Assembly: GCA_944387115.1 (NCBI GenBank)
Contig: CALXDR010000004.1
Span: 699 to 64,698, forward strand
DNA: 64,000 nucleotides
Direction of reading: 5' to 3'
From: an uncultured Oscillospiraceae bacterium
Lineage (GTDB): Bacteria; Bacillota; Clostridia; Oscillospirales; Oscillospiraceae
Shown here: positions 38,226-47,536 of the stretch, in pieces
Numbering within the stretch: the first letter of the stretch is position 1
Layout: the number at the start of each line of letters is the position of its first letter
Program-made: the position numbers and the translations under genes
The notes under the pieces: generated by a model
The model's database searches: none
The model's input: only the letters and a program-made list of their open reading frames with translations
Told to the model about the DNA's origin: nothing

Positions 38226-39305
38226 ATGGAACGACTGCTCATTCTCAACCCCGGCTCCACATCCACCAAGCTGGCTGTGTTTGAGGGGGAGACCCCTTTG
38301 TTTGTAGAATCCGTGACCCACACCGCCCAGGAGCTGGAGGGATTTGACTGTGTGGCCGACCAGTACGGCTTCCGCCGGGATTTGGTGCTGGAGTGCCTCA
38401 AGGAACACGGCATTGGCCTGGACTCCCTCACCGCCATTGTCTCCCGGGGCGGCCTGCTCACCGCCATTGAGGCGGGCGCCTATGAGATCAACGACGATAT
38501 GGTCTGGCAGCTGCGCAACAAGCCCCGCAACGAGCACGCCTCCAATGTGGGGGCCATGATTGCCCTGGACATCGGCCGTCAGCTGGGCATTCCCGCCTTC
38601 ATCTACGACGGGGTGACGGTGGAGGAGCTGCTGCCCATCAACAAGGTCACCGGTCTGCCCACGATGCACCGCAAGGGCATGGGGCACAATCTGAATACCC
38701 GGGCCGCCGCACTGCGCTATGCCCGGGAGCAGGGAAAGCGCTACGAGGATGTTACGGTGATTGTGGCCCATCTGGGGGGCGGCATTTCGGTGAATCTCCA
38801 CCACAACGGCCGCATTGAGGACTTTATCAACGATGAGGAGGGCCCCTTCTCCGCCGAGCGGGCAGGCGGGCTGCCCATGTTTGATGTGATTGCCGCCTGC
38901 TTCCAGGAGGGCATGACCCAAAAGGAGATGATGAAGACCGTCAAGAGCCGCGGCGGTCTGATGGCCCACCTGGGCACCACCGACGGTCGAGAGGTGGAGC
39001 AGAGGATTGCCGGCGGCGACCAGCACGCCAAGCTGGTGTACGACGCCATGATTCTCAACATCGCCAAGAACATCGGCAAAATCGCCCCCGGCGTATGCGG
39101 CAAGGTGGACGCTATTCTCCTCACCGGCGGCGTGGCCTATTCCAGCTATGTCACCCAGGAGCTGACCCGGATGGTGTCCTTCATCGCCCCTGTGGTGGTG
39201 TACCCCGGCGAGGACGAGATGCGCGCGCTGGCCCTGGGCGGCCTGCGGGTGCTGCGGGGAGAGGAGCAGGCAAAGACCTACGTCAGCCCCGACCGTCCCC
39301 GCTAA
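38226..39305 (+). CDS. buk: Butyrate kinase
   Basis: ILNPGSTSTK, SRGGLL, HASNVGA, HNLNTRA, AHLGGGIS, EGPFSAERAG, YPGEDEM. Confidence 0.96.
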   Translation: MERLLILNPGSTSTKLAVFEGETPLFVESVTHTAQELEGFDCVADQYGFRRDLVLECLKEHGIGLDSLTAIVSRGGLLTAIEAGAYEINDDMVWQLRNKPRNEHASNVGAMIALDIGRQLGIPAFIYDGVTVEELLPINKVTGLPTMHRKGMGHNLNTRAAALRYAREQGKRYEDVTVIVAHLGGGISVNLHHNGRIEDFINDEEGPFSAERAGGLPMFDVIAACFQEGMTQKEMMKTVKSRGGLMAHLGTTDGREVEQRIAGGDQHAKLVYDAMILNIAKNIGKIAPGVCGKVDAILLTGGVAYSSYVTQELTRMVSFIAPVVVYPGEDEMRALALGGLRVLRGEEQAKTYVSPDRPR

Positions 39306-39518
39306 GCCGTCTCACCCTTTGTTGTCAGTGCCCCGCCCCCTTCCGGGGGCGAGGCTGACAGATACCTTCAAATGTTCGAGTTACGCACTGAGTGCAGGCC
39401 GGAGGGGAGCTACCCTCCGGCCTGCATTCATTTTGCGGGGCAATGGGGAGATGGGGCGGGGAGGGTGTATCCCCAGCGCCGGGTGGGGCATAGAGTGGGG
39501 CAGAGAGGAGGGGGAGGT

Positions 39519-40997
39519 ATGCGCCTATCCCAACTGCTGGCCCCGCTGGGGCTGGCGTGTACACAGGACACCGAGGTGACAGGGCTTGCCTGTGACTCCC
39601 GCCACGTCAAGCCGGGGATGCTCTTTGCAGCCCTGCCCGGCCAGCACCGCCGGGGGGAGGATTACATTGCCCAGGCGGTGGAGCGGGGGGCCTGCGCAGT
39701 GCTGCGGGGGGAGGAAGGCGGAGCAGCGGGCGTAGGGGTGCCCTGCATCACCGTGAAAAATCCCCGGCGCACCCTGGCGCTGCTGGCGGCGCAGTGGTAC
39801 CAGCACCCGGCCCAGTCCCTCACCCTGCTGGCGGTGACAGGCACCAAGGGCAAGACCACCACGGCCCATATGCTGCGGGACATCCTGCTGGAGGCGGGAT
39901 ACCGGACGGGGATGGTGGGCACGCTGGGCACCTTTTTGGGGCGGGAGCAGCTGGCTGTGCCGGACAACACCACCCCGGAGCCCATTACCCTCCAGGCACA
40001 GCTGCGCCAGCTGGCGGATGCGGGGTGTACCCATGTGGTGCTGGAGGTATCCTCCCAGGCCATGAAGCAGGAGCGGTTGGCGGGGGTCACGGTGGACGGG
40101 GCGCTGTTTCTCAACCTGTCCCCAGACCACATTGGGCCGGGAGAGCATGGCAGCTGGGAGGAGTACCAGGCGTGCAAGGCCCGGCTGTTTGCCCAGTGCC
40201 GCCTGGCGGTGGGCAATGGGGACGACCCCAGCTGGAGCGCCATGGCAAAGCGGATTCCCCCTGGCGTGGCGCAAAGCACCTTTGGCTTTGGCCCTGGGGT
40301 GAGCCTGCGGGGCAGTGGGGTGGAGCCTGCGGGGGATGGGCTGTCCACCCGGTTTTCTGTATCAGACTGCGACGCCCCCTATCAGGTGGCGCTGCCCGGG
40401 CAGTTCAACGCCGCCAATGCCCTGGCGGCAGTGGCGCTGTGCCGGGCTATGGGGGTGGAGGATGGAGCCATTCGAGGAGGGCTGGCGGGGGTAAAGGTGC
40501 CTGGACGCACCCAGCGGGTGGAGGGGGTGGAGCACCCCATGGTGCTCATCGACTATGCCCACAATGGGGAGAGCGTCCGTGCCCTCCTCTCTGCGCTGTC
40601 CGCATACCCCCACCGGCGGCTGATTGTGGTGTTTGGAGCGGGGGGCGACCGTCCCCCCATGCGGCGGCGGGATATGGCGCTGGCGGTGGCGGAATGGGCG
40701 GATTTGGCGGTGGTCACCGAGGACAATCCCCGGTGGGAGCGGGTGGAGGACATCTGCGCCCACATCACTGCCGCCCTGGGCAGCCGTATCCCCTGGCGGG
40801 TGGAGTACAACCGGGAGCGGGCCATCCGGTTGGCGCTGGAGCTGGCAGGGCCGGAGGATCTTGTGGCGCTGCTGGGCAAGGGGCATGAGCGATACATCGA
40901 GTGCCAGGGGGTGCGCCGTCCCCTGTGGGAGGAGGAAGTGGTTAGGGAAGCGTCCGAGCCGTTGCGAACAGCCCGGATGGAGCGAAGTGAGGAATAA
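39519..40997 (+). CDS. murE: MurE ligase paralogue 1 (DNPR motif, meso-DAP type)
   Basis: VTGTKGKTTT, TTPEP, EVSSQA, IDYAHN, GAGGDR, TEDNPR; last ~16 codons come from repeat array 5. Confidence 0.9.
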   Translation: MRLSQLLAPLGLACTQDTEVTGLACDSRHVKPGMLFAALPGQHRRGEDYIAQAVERGACAVLRGEEGGAAGVGVPCITVKNPRRTLALLAAQWYQHPAQSLTLLAVTGTKGKTTTAHMLRDILLEAGYRTGMVGTLGTFLGREQLAVPDNTTPEPITLQAQLRQLADAGCTHVVLEVSSQAMKQERLAGVTVDGALFLNLSPDHIGPGEHGSWEEYQACKARLFAQCRLAVGNGDDPSWSAMAKRIPPGVAQSTFGFGPGVSLRGSGVEPAGDGLSTRFSVSDCDAPYQVALPGQFNAANALAAVALCRAMGVEDGAIRGGLAGVKVPGRTQRVEGVEHPMVLIDYAHNGESVRALLSALSAYPHRRLIVVFGAGGDRPPMRRRDMALAVAEWADLAVVTEDNPRWERVEDICAHITAALGSRIPWRVEYNRERAIRLALELAGPEDLVALLGKGHERYIECQGVRRPLWEEEVVREASEPLRTARMERSEE

Positions 40998-41480
40998 AAC
41001 CCAGGGGGGCGAAGCCACCCGGTTTTGTTCCGAATCGGAGTGAAGCCGGGCGTCGTGAGCAGGCGAGGCGTGACATCATCGAAGCGCTGAGCGCTTCAAA
41101 AAAGTCCAAGGACTTTTTTGAGGGGATGCAGGGGGAATAGGGTTCGATTCCTTCGGAATTGTCACCCCATTCCCCCTGAGAAGAGTGTTTTCCGAGGCGC
41201 ATGTCCCCGGAAAACACAGGATTGGACTTTATTTCGCCGCCTGCGGGCGGCGAAACTCTGTGAGACAGAAGCGAAGCGTCCGAACCCCGCCGCCCCTCGG
41301 ATGGACTGGAGCGAAGGGCAAAGCCCAGGGAGGGCACAGCCCGGCCGGGTTTGCCCTGAGTCGGAGTGAAGCCGGGCGTCGTGAGCAGGCGAGGCGTGAC
41401 ATCATCGAAGCGCTGAGCGCTTCAAAAAAGTCCAAGGACTTTTTTGAGGGGATGCAGGGGGAATAGGGTTCGATTCCTGT
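40947..41480 (+). repeat. Mosaic palindromic repeat array 5 (2 units + 1 full and 1 partial T module)
   Basis: Starts inside murE 3' end; 41040-41150 duplicated at 41364-41478. Confidence 0.92.
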
Positions 41481-41505
41481 AGGAGCCTTCCACCCCCGCC
41501 AATGG

Positions 41506-41544
41506 AAACACCCCGTACTCCTGCAATGGGAGTACGGGGTGTTT
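41506..41544. terminator. Bidirectional terminator between the two murE genes
   Basis: AAACACCCCGTACTCC...GGAGTACGGGGTGTTT. Confidence 0.85.
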
Positions 41545-41567
41545 TGTCTGTTATCCGTTGGAGGGCT

Positions 41568-43127
41568 TCAGGCTCTGGCCTGATCTTCCGTATCTATCAG
41601 ATGCGCAATCTGGCGGGCCTCATACTCTTCCAGGAAGGTGCGCACATAGTCCACATCGGAGGGGGTTTCGATGTATTCCAGCCCCCGCTTTTGCCGGGTC
41701 TCTGCGCCCTTTCCGGTGATGAGGAGGACGGAGGGGGTTTTGCAGCCCAGCACCGCCTGGCGGATGGCCTCCCCTCGGTTGGGCTGAATGTCGTAGGGAC
41801 AGCCGGCGGCCTCCACATGGGCGGCAATTTCCCGGCAGATGTCCATGGTGTTCTCCTCCCCGGAGTCCTCCTCGGTGAGGATGACAAACTGGGAGTGCTT
41901 GCCCGATACCTCGCCCAAATCCCGGCGGCGGTCAAAGGCCTTTTTGCCGGGACAGCCAAAGACGGTGACAATGCGCCGCTTGGGGTACTCCTCCGCCACC
42001 GAGCGGAAGAGCGCCTCAAAGCTCATGCGGTTGTGGGCGTAGTCCACCACGGCCACCACCCGGCGGTCGGTGCTCTGGAATACCTCCATCCGGCCGGGCA
42101 CCTGGGCCTGCTCCAGACCCTGCTGCACCGCCCACTGGGGGATGTTCAGGGCCAGACAGATGGTGATGGCGGCCAGGGCATTTTCCACGTTGAACATACC
42201 CGGCATGGACAGCTGGTAGTGGCCGGAGAGATGTCCTGCCTCCACCTGGAGGGTGATGTGATTCCCCACCTTGCGCACCCGCCGGGCGAACACATCCGCC
42301 CACCGGTCACGGCGGGAGAAGGTGAGGGCTTTGGCGGCGCTGCGGTGGGCGGCGGAGAGGATCCGGGGGGCGTGGGCGGCGTCCAGGTTGACACAGGCCG
42401 TCTGTGTCTGGGCAAACAGCTTGAGCTTGGACTGGAAGTAGTCCTCGAAGTCGGTGTGCTCCACAGGAGAGATGTGATCCTCGCCGATGTTGAGGAAACA
42501 GCTGGCGGCAAAGTGGGTGCCTAGAGTGCGGTGATATTTCAGAGCCTGGGAGGATACCTCCATCACCATATAGCCCAGACCGGACTGGATGGCATTGGAA
42601 AAGTGGCGCTGCAGCTCGATGGGTTCCGGGGTGGTGAGGTGGGATTCAAACTGTTCCACGCCGTCGTAGGTGTCAATGGAGGAGATGACGCCGCAGGCGC
42701 TGTTGCGCTGGGCGAGGTAGGCGTCCAGAATATACTTCAGATAGTAGGTAGTGGTGGACTTGCCCTTGGTGCCGGTGATGCCGATGACGGGCAGGCGCTG
42801 AGAGGGGTCGTGGTAAAACTGCACCGCCAGCAGGGGGAGGGCACGGCGGATGTCTGTGACCTGAATGCAGGGCAAATCCACATCGGGGTAGGGGGTTTCG
42901 CTGACATAGGCAAGGGCGCCGCTTTGGGCGGCCTGCACCAGATACTCCGGCTTGAAGTGGGCGCCCTTGCACACAAATAGGGTGTTGGATATGACGTGCT
43001 GAGAGTTGTCGGAAACCGACCGTACCTCTTGAGACATGGGGAAGCTGCGCAGCGGGGGGACGGCAAGCAGGCCTTCCCGTTGGAGCAGGGCGCAGTACAC
43101 GCCCAGGGTGTCATAGTGTTGTTGCAT
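41568..43127 (-). CDS. murE: MurE ligase paralogue 2 (no DNPR motif; probable Lys/Orn type)
   Basis: ITGTKGKSTT, TTPEP, EVSSQA, VDYAHN, TEEDSGEE replacing TEDNPR. Confidence 0.85.
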   Translation of the reverse strand: MQQHYDTLGVYCALLQREGLLAVPPLRSFPMSQEVRSVSDNSQHVISNTLFVCKGAHFKPEYLVQAAQSGALAYVSETPYPDVDLPCIQVTDIRRALPLLAVQFYHDPSQRLPVIGITGTKGKSTTTYYLKYILDAYLAQRNSACGVISSIDTYDGVEQFESHLTTPEPIELQRHFSNAIQSGLGYMVMEVSSQALKYHRTLGTHFAASCFLNIGEDHISPVEHTDFEDYFQSKLKLFAQTQTACVNLDAAHAPRILSAAHRSAAKALTFSRRDRWADVFARRVRKVGNHITLQVEAGHLSGHYQLSMPGMFNVENALAAITICLALNIPQWAVQQGLEQAQVPGRMEVFQSTDRRVVAVVDYAHNRMSFEALFRSVAEEYPKRRIVTVFGCPGKKAFDRRRDLGEVSGKHSQFVILTEEDSGEENTMDICREIAAHVEAAGCPYDIQPNRGEAIRQAVLGCKTPSVLLITGKGAETRQKRGLEYIETPSDVDYVRTFLEEYEARQIAHLIDTEDQARA

Positions 43128-43148
43128 GGGGAGTACCTCAATCTTTCT

Positions 43149-43841
43149 TTAGATTTTGCCGCAGGCAGACAGTGCGCAGTCGGCCAGCACTGCCATGGCA
43201 TCCAGGTAGAAGGGGGGCAAGGGGTGGTGGGAGGCAAAGACGGACAGCTCTGTGCAGGCCAGAATGGCGCAGTCGCACCCGGCGGCACGAATGGCGGCGT
43301 CAATGGCAGCAAAGGTGTGGGGGCAGCCCCGCTGGCCCTGCTTAATCTGGTCATAGATGAGGGACATGACCAGGCGCTGGGTGTCCCCGTCCGGGGCCAC
43401 CGCCTCCAGGCCCAGGGCGGCACAGGCCTGCTGGTACAGCCCGGTGCGGATGGTGCCGTCGGTGGCCAAAATGCCGGGGCGGCGCAGCCCCTGCCGGGCC
43501 AGGGCGGCGGCGGTCTGCTCAATCATGTTGAGCACAGGCACCGGGGCTTCCTGCTGGAGCCGGGGCACAAAGTAATGGGAGGTGTTGCAGGGGATGGCAA
43601 TGGCAGTGCAGCCGCACTGGCACAGCTGGAGCACATCCGCCAGCAGGCGCTGATAGAGCGGTTCGGTGTGCCCGGATAGGATGGCGGCGGTGCGGTCGGG
43701 CATCCCCGTATCTGAGAGAATTACCGTGGGCAGGTGGTCCTGATCCCGGGCGGCAGGGGTGCGGTCCAAAATGTATTGGTAGAATAGCTGGGTGGCCTGG
43801 GGGCCCATGCCGCCCAAAATGCCTAATTTCCCGTCAAACAT
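43149..43841 (-). CDS. Aspartate/glutamate racemase family, probable aspartate racemase
   Basis: GILGGMGPQAT, both catalytic Cys (IPCNTSH, LACTELS), ILATDGT. Confidence 0.9.
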   Translation of the reverse strand: MFDGKLGILGGMGPQATQLFYQYILDRTPAARDQDHLPTVILSDTGMPDRTAAILSGHTEPLYQRLLADVLQLCQCGCTAIAIPCNTSHYFVPRLQQEAPVPVLNMIEQTAAALARQGLRRPGILATDGTIRTGLYQQACAALGLEAVAPDGDTQRLVMSLIYDQIKQGQRGCPHTFAAIDAAIRAAGCDCAILACTELSVFASHHPLPPFYLDAMAVLADCALSACGKI

Positions 43842-43852
43842 GGCGCTGCTCC

Positions 43853-45067
43853 TCACTTATTGGGCTTGGGGGTGTACTTGTAAAAGCGCACATAGGTCCC
43901 GATATGGTTTTTCAGAATGCGCAGCAGGCGGTGGGGGGTGTAGTCCCCGGCATACTCCATGGAGTGGTGGTCGGTGCCCCGTCGGAACAGCGCCTTCATC
44001 TGGCTGTGGTAGGCCTTGGGGATGAAGGTGTAGGCCAGGCGGCGGGGAATCATCCGCCAGATGGTGCGGTCCTGCACCACGGTCAGGGGCAAGTCCTTGT
44101 GCTCCAGCAGGTCTTCCACCAGATAGCGGGCGATGTTGTGTCCCGAGCCGGTGACATAGTAGTTGCTGCGGCCCTGGCGGCAGTTGATTTCAAAGGCCTT
44201 GTACTTGCCATCCCGGCTGTCGTACTTGATGTCCAGGTTGGAGAAGCCCACATAGCCCAAATCCTCCAGCATGACCTGCACCCGGCGGCACAAATCCTGG
44301 TCGTACTCGGTGATAATCACTGCATGGTTGCCGATGCCGTGGGGGGAGTGCTCCTCCAGCAGAACATGGCCCAGGCACATCAGCTTGACCTTGCCCGCCG
44401 TGTCGGAGTAGTTGGTGAGCACCCGCATATAGGTGTCGTCACCGGGGATGAATTCCTGGAGAATCATACTGCCGGGATATCCGGCGGCGTACACCTCGTC
44501 CAGCGCCTCCAGCAGCTCCTGCCGGCTCTGGCAGATGTACACCTTTTTCAGTTCGCTGTGCCCTGTGGCCCAGTAGGCCACCCCGTCAGAGGGCTTGGCG
44601 ATGTAAGGAGGGGCCCAGGGAAGGGTGAAGTCGTGACCCATCTCGGGGCGGTACACCACAGTGGCGGGATGGTCAATGCCATACCGGTCGCACAGGGCGT
44701 AAAATTGCTCTTTGTCGGTGAGCTGGTCCATCAGTGCGCCGGAGATGTAGTTGCAGCGCACATTGTCCGGGAACTGGGGCTTGAGGTGGGCGGCCAGCTT
44801 CACATAGTTGTCCCCGCACCCAACCAGCAGGATGGTCTTGTCGGGGTGCTCCTGGGCCACGGTGCACACGCTGCGCAGGAAGGTGGCCTCGTGATCGTTG
44901 TCGGGGCAGGGGCGATAGTCAATGATGGAGCTGTACGAGCAGGGGAAGGACACATATTTGCCGTAGACGATGCTCTTGACTCCATAGGCCTCGTGAAAGG
45001 CCCGGGCCATACTGTACACATTGATATCCCCTCCAAATAGGAGGGGCTGAAAGGCGGGGTTGGACAT
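43853..45067 (-). CDS. ATP-grasp carboxylate-amine ligase, D-aspartate ligase (Asl)-like
   Basis: GGDINVYSMARAFHE, ILQEFIPGDD, YVGFSNLDIKYD, FEINCRQGRSNYY. Confidence 0.82.
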   Translation of the reverse strand: MSNPAFQPLLFGGDINVYSMARAFHEAYGVKSIVYGKYVSFPCSYSSIIDYRPCPDNDHEATFLRSVCTVAQEHPDKTILLVGCGDNYVKLAAHLKPQFPDNVRCNYISGALMDQLTDKEQFYALCDRYGIDHPATVVYRPEMGHDFTLPWAPPYIAKPSDGVAYWATGHSELKKVYICQSRQELLEALDEVYAAGYPGSMILQEFIPGDDTYMRVLTNYSDTAGKVKLMCLGHVLLEEHSPHGIGNHAVIITEYDQDLCRRVQVMLEDLGYVGFSNLDIKYDSRDGKYKAFEINCRQGRSNYYVTGSGHNIARYLVEDLLEHKDLPLTVVQDRTIWRMIPRRLAYTFIPKAYHSQMKALFRRGTDHHSMEYAGDYTPHRLLRILKNHIGTYVRFYKYTPKPNK

Positions 45068-45169
45068 GAAACAATCAATCTCCTTACACGCTGTCCCGGA
45101 GGACAGTCGGACTGCGAAAAAGTGTTCTGTCCCGGCGGGACAGAGGGGGGTTAGGCATGGCAGAGCCGC

Positions 45170-47407
45170 TCACCCTGTGGCACGGCGCACCCCCAGCACG
45201 CCGGGAACCTGGGAGAGCTTGTTGATGATGCTGGTAAGCTCCTTCTGGTCTTTCACCACCAGGTCCAGGATGACCACGGCATAGCCGTCGGGCTGGGCCC
45301 GGGCGGACATATTGCTGAGCTTGGCTTTTTGGGCGGACAGCGCCATGGCCACATCCAGGGCCAGGCCATCCCGGTCCTTGGCGGACACCTCCAGGCTGGT
45401 GTGGTAGGAGGTCTGCTCGCCATCCACCCAGGACACCTCCACCCAGCGCCCTGCCTCTTCCGGTTTGCGGCGGGCGGGATCGGCGTTGGGGCAATCCTTG
45501 CGGTGGATGGACACGCCATAGCCCCGGGTGATAAAGCCCACCACCGGGTCGCCGGGGACGGGGGTGCAGCATTTAGAAAACTTCACCATGCAGTTGTCCA
45601 GCCCCTCCACAATGATTCCGCTCTCCGAGCGGCGGGGGCGGGGGGCGGAGGTCTGCTTGGCGGTGGCGGGGAACACCGTCTCCCCGGCGGACAGGGAGGC
45701 GTGCATGGCCTGGCGGTCGGCGTGCTGCCGCTCCAGACGGCCCAGGCGGGTCAGCTCCTCCTTCATCCGGCCCACCGCCTTAGCTGCGGACATACCGCCG
45801 TAGCCGATGGCGGCATACAGCTCCTCCAGGGCGCCGAAGCGCACCCGCTTGAGCAGGGTGTCCAGCAGCTCAGGGGAGGCGGTGATGGCGGACATGGTCA
45901 GTCCGGCGTGCTTCAGCTCCGCCTCGAAGGCGGCCCGTCCGGTGACGATATTCTCCTCCCGGCGCTCTTTCTTGAACCACTGGCGGATTTTGTTGCGGGC
46001 TTCGTTGGACTTGCAGATGTGCATCCAGTCCCGGCTGGGGCCTCGGGCAGACTTGGAGGTGAGAATCTCCACAATGTCCCCGTTTTTCAAGGGGGTATCA
46101 AAGGTGACAATGCGCCCGTTTACCCTGGCGCCCGTCATGGAGTTGCCCACGGCGGAGTGGATGGAATAGGCAAAGTCAATGGGGGTGGCTCCGGCGGGCA
46201 GGCTCTTCACATCCCCGTTGGGGGTAAAGACAAATACCTCGTCGGCGAACATATCCACCTTGAGGGTGCGCACAAACTCATCCGGGTCGGTGTCCTGCTG
46301 GCTCTCCAGCAGCTTGCGCACCCATTCAAACTCCTGCTCGGTGCCCAGGTTGCTGTTTGCCATGCCCTGCTTGTACTTCCAGTGGGCGGCCACGCCGTAT
46401 TCGGCGGTCTGGTGCATCTTCCAGGTGCGGATTTGCACCTCGAAGGGAATGCCCTCCCGCCCCACCACGGTGGTGTGGAGGGACTGGTACCCATTGGGCT
46501 TGGGGGTGCCAATGTAGTCTTTGAACCGGCCCAGCACGGGGTTGAACATATCGTGGATGGAGCCGAGGACATTGTAGCAGCTGGAGATGTCCTCCACAAT
46601 CACCCGCAGGGCATAGATGTCGAAAATCTCCCGCAGGGTCTTGCTCTGGGCGTACATCTTGCGGTAGATAGAGTAGATGTGCTTGAGCCGCCCGTACACC
46701 GTGCACTGGATGCCCTCTTTCTTGAGGCGCTGCTCAATTTGATCGCGCATCCGGGAGAGAAACTCGGAGTTTTGCTGGGTGAGGGCCTCCAGCTCCTGCT
46801 CCACCTCCTGGTAGCCCACCGGGTCCAGGTAGCGAAGGGACAGATCCTCTAGCTCCCACTTCAGCTTCTGCATACCCAGGCGGTGGGCGATGGGGGCGTA
46901 AATCTCCATGGTCTCCAGGGACTTTTCCTTCTGCTTGCGGGGGGTCTGGAACTGGAGGGTGCGCATATTGTGCAGCCGGTCGCACAGCTTGATGAGAATC
47001 ACCCGCACATCCTTGGCCATGGCCATGAACATCTTGCGCAGGTTTTCCATCTGCTCGTCCTCTTTGGAGGTGTACTGCATCCGGGTGAGCTTGGTCACCC
47101 CGTCCACCAGATTGGCTACCGTGTCCCCAAAAAGATGGGCAATATCCTCGTGGGTGGAGTCGGTGTCCTCAATGCAGTCGTGGAGCAGAGCGGCAATGAC
47201 CGAGTCGGTGTCCAAATCCAGCTCTGCCACAAGGACGGCCACGGCGATGGGGTGGGTGATGTATGGCTCGCCGCTTTTGCGCATCTGACTGCCGTGGTGT
47301 GCACGGGCATAGTCAAAGGCCTGGCGGAGGCGCTCCACGTTGGCCTCAGAATTGTTTTCAAGCACAATGTGCTCGAGGGACTGGTATTGGGTAAGGACAT
47401 GATCCAT
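45170..47407 (-). CDS. relA: Bifunctional (p)ppGpp synthetase/hydrolase (long RSH)
   Basis: RKSGEPYITHP, LHDCIED, DRLHNMRTL, KPNGYQSLHT, AEYGVAAHWKYK, TGS and ACT domains. Confidence 0.97.
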   Translation of the reverse strand: MDHVLTQYQSLEHIVLENNSEANVERLRQAFDYARAHHGSQMRKSGEPYITHPIAVAVLVAELDLDTDSVIAALLHDCIEDTDSTHEDIAHLFGDTVANLVDGVTKLTRMQYTSKEDEQMENLRKMFMAMAKDVRVILIKLCDRLHNMRTLQFQTPRKQKEKSLETMEIYAPIAHRLGMQKLKWELEDLSLRYLDPVGYQEVEQELEALTQQNSEFLSRMRDQIEQRLKKEGIQCTVYGRLKHIYSIYRKMYAQSKTLREIFDIYALRVIVEDISSCYNVLGSIHDMFNPVLGRFKDYIGTPKPNGYQSLHTTVVGREGIPFEVQIRTWKMHQTAEYGVAAHWKYKQGMANSNLGTEQEFEWVRKLLESQQDTDPDEFVRTLKVDMFADEVFVFTPNGDVKSLPAGATPIDFAYSIHSAVGNSMTGARVNGRIVTFDTPLKNGDIVEILTSKSARGPSRDWMHICKSNEARNKIRQWFKKERREENIVTGRAAFEAELKHAGLTMSAITASPELLDTLLKRVRFGALEELYAAIGYGGMSAAKAVGRMKEELTRLGRLERQHADRQAMHASLSAGETVFPATAKQTSAPRPRRSESGIIVEGLDNCMVKFSKCCTPVPGDPVVGFITRGYGVSIHRKDCPNADPARRKPEEAGRWVEVSWVDGEQTSYHTSLEVSAKDRDGLALDVAMALSAQKAKLSNMSARAQPDGYAVVILDLVVKDQKELTSIINKLSQVPGVLGVRRATG

Positions 47408-47536
47408 TACGATACCTCCTTGCTGGATTTGAGGAAGGGCCTTGCGGGCTGGGGCAAGGGCGCTGCAAGGCAAGGGGATGGGGGGCTTTCGGCAAAGGCC
47501 AGCCCGCCCGCCGTCAAAAGCGTGGGGGGTGCAGGC

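Noticed and set aside
39465-39500. Sporulation SigE/SigK-type promoter (CATAGAGT) upstream of murE1
   Set aside because: It would fit the spore-cortex hypothesis, but the -35 match is poor and the motif is too short to support
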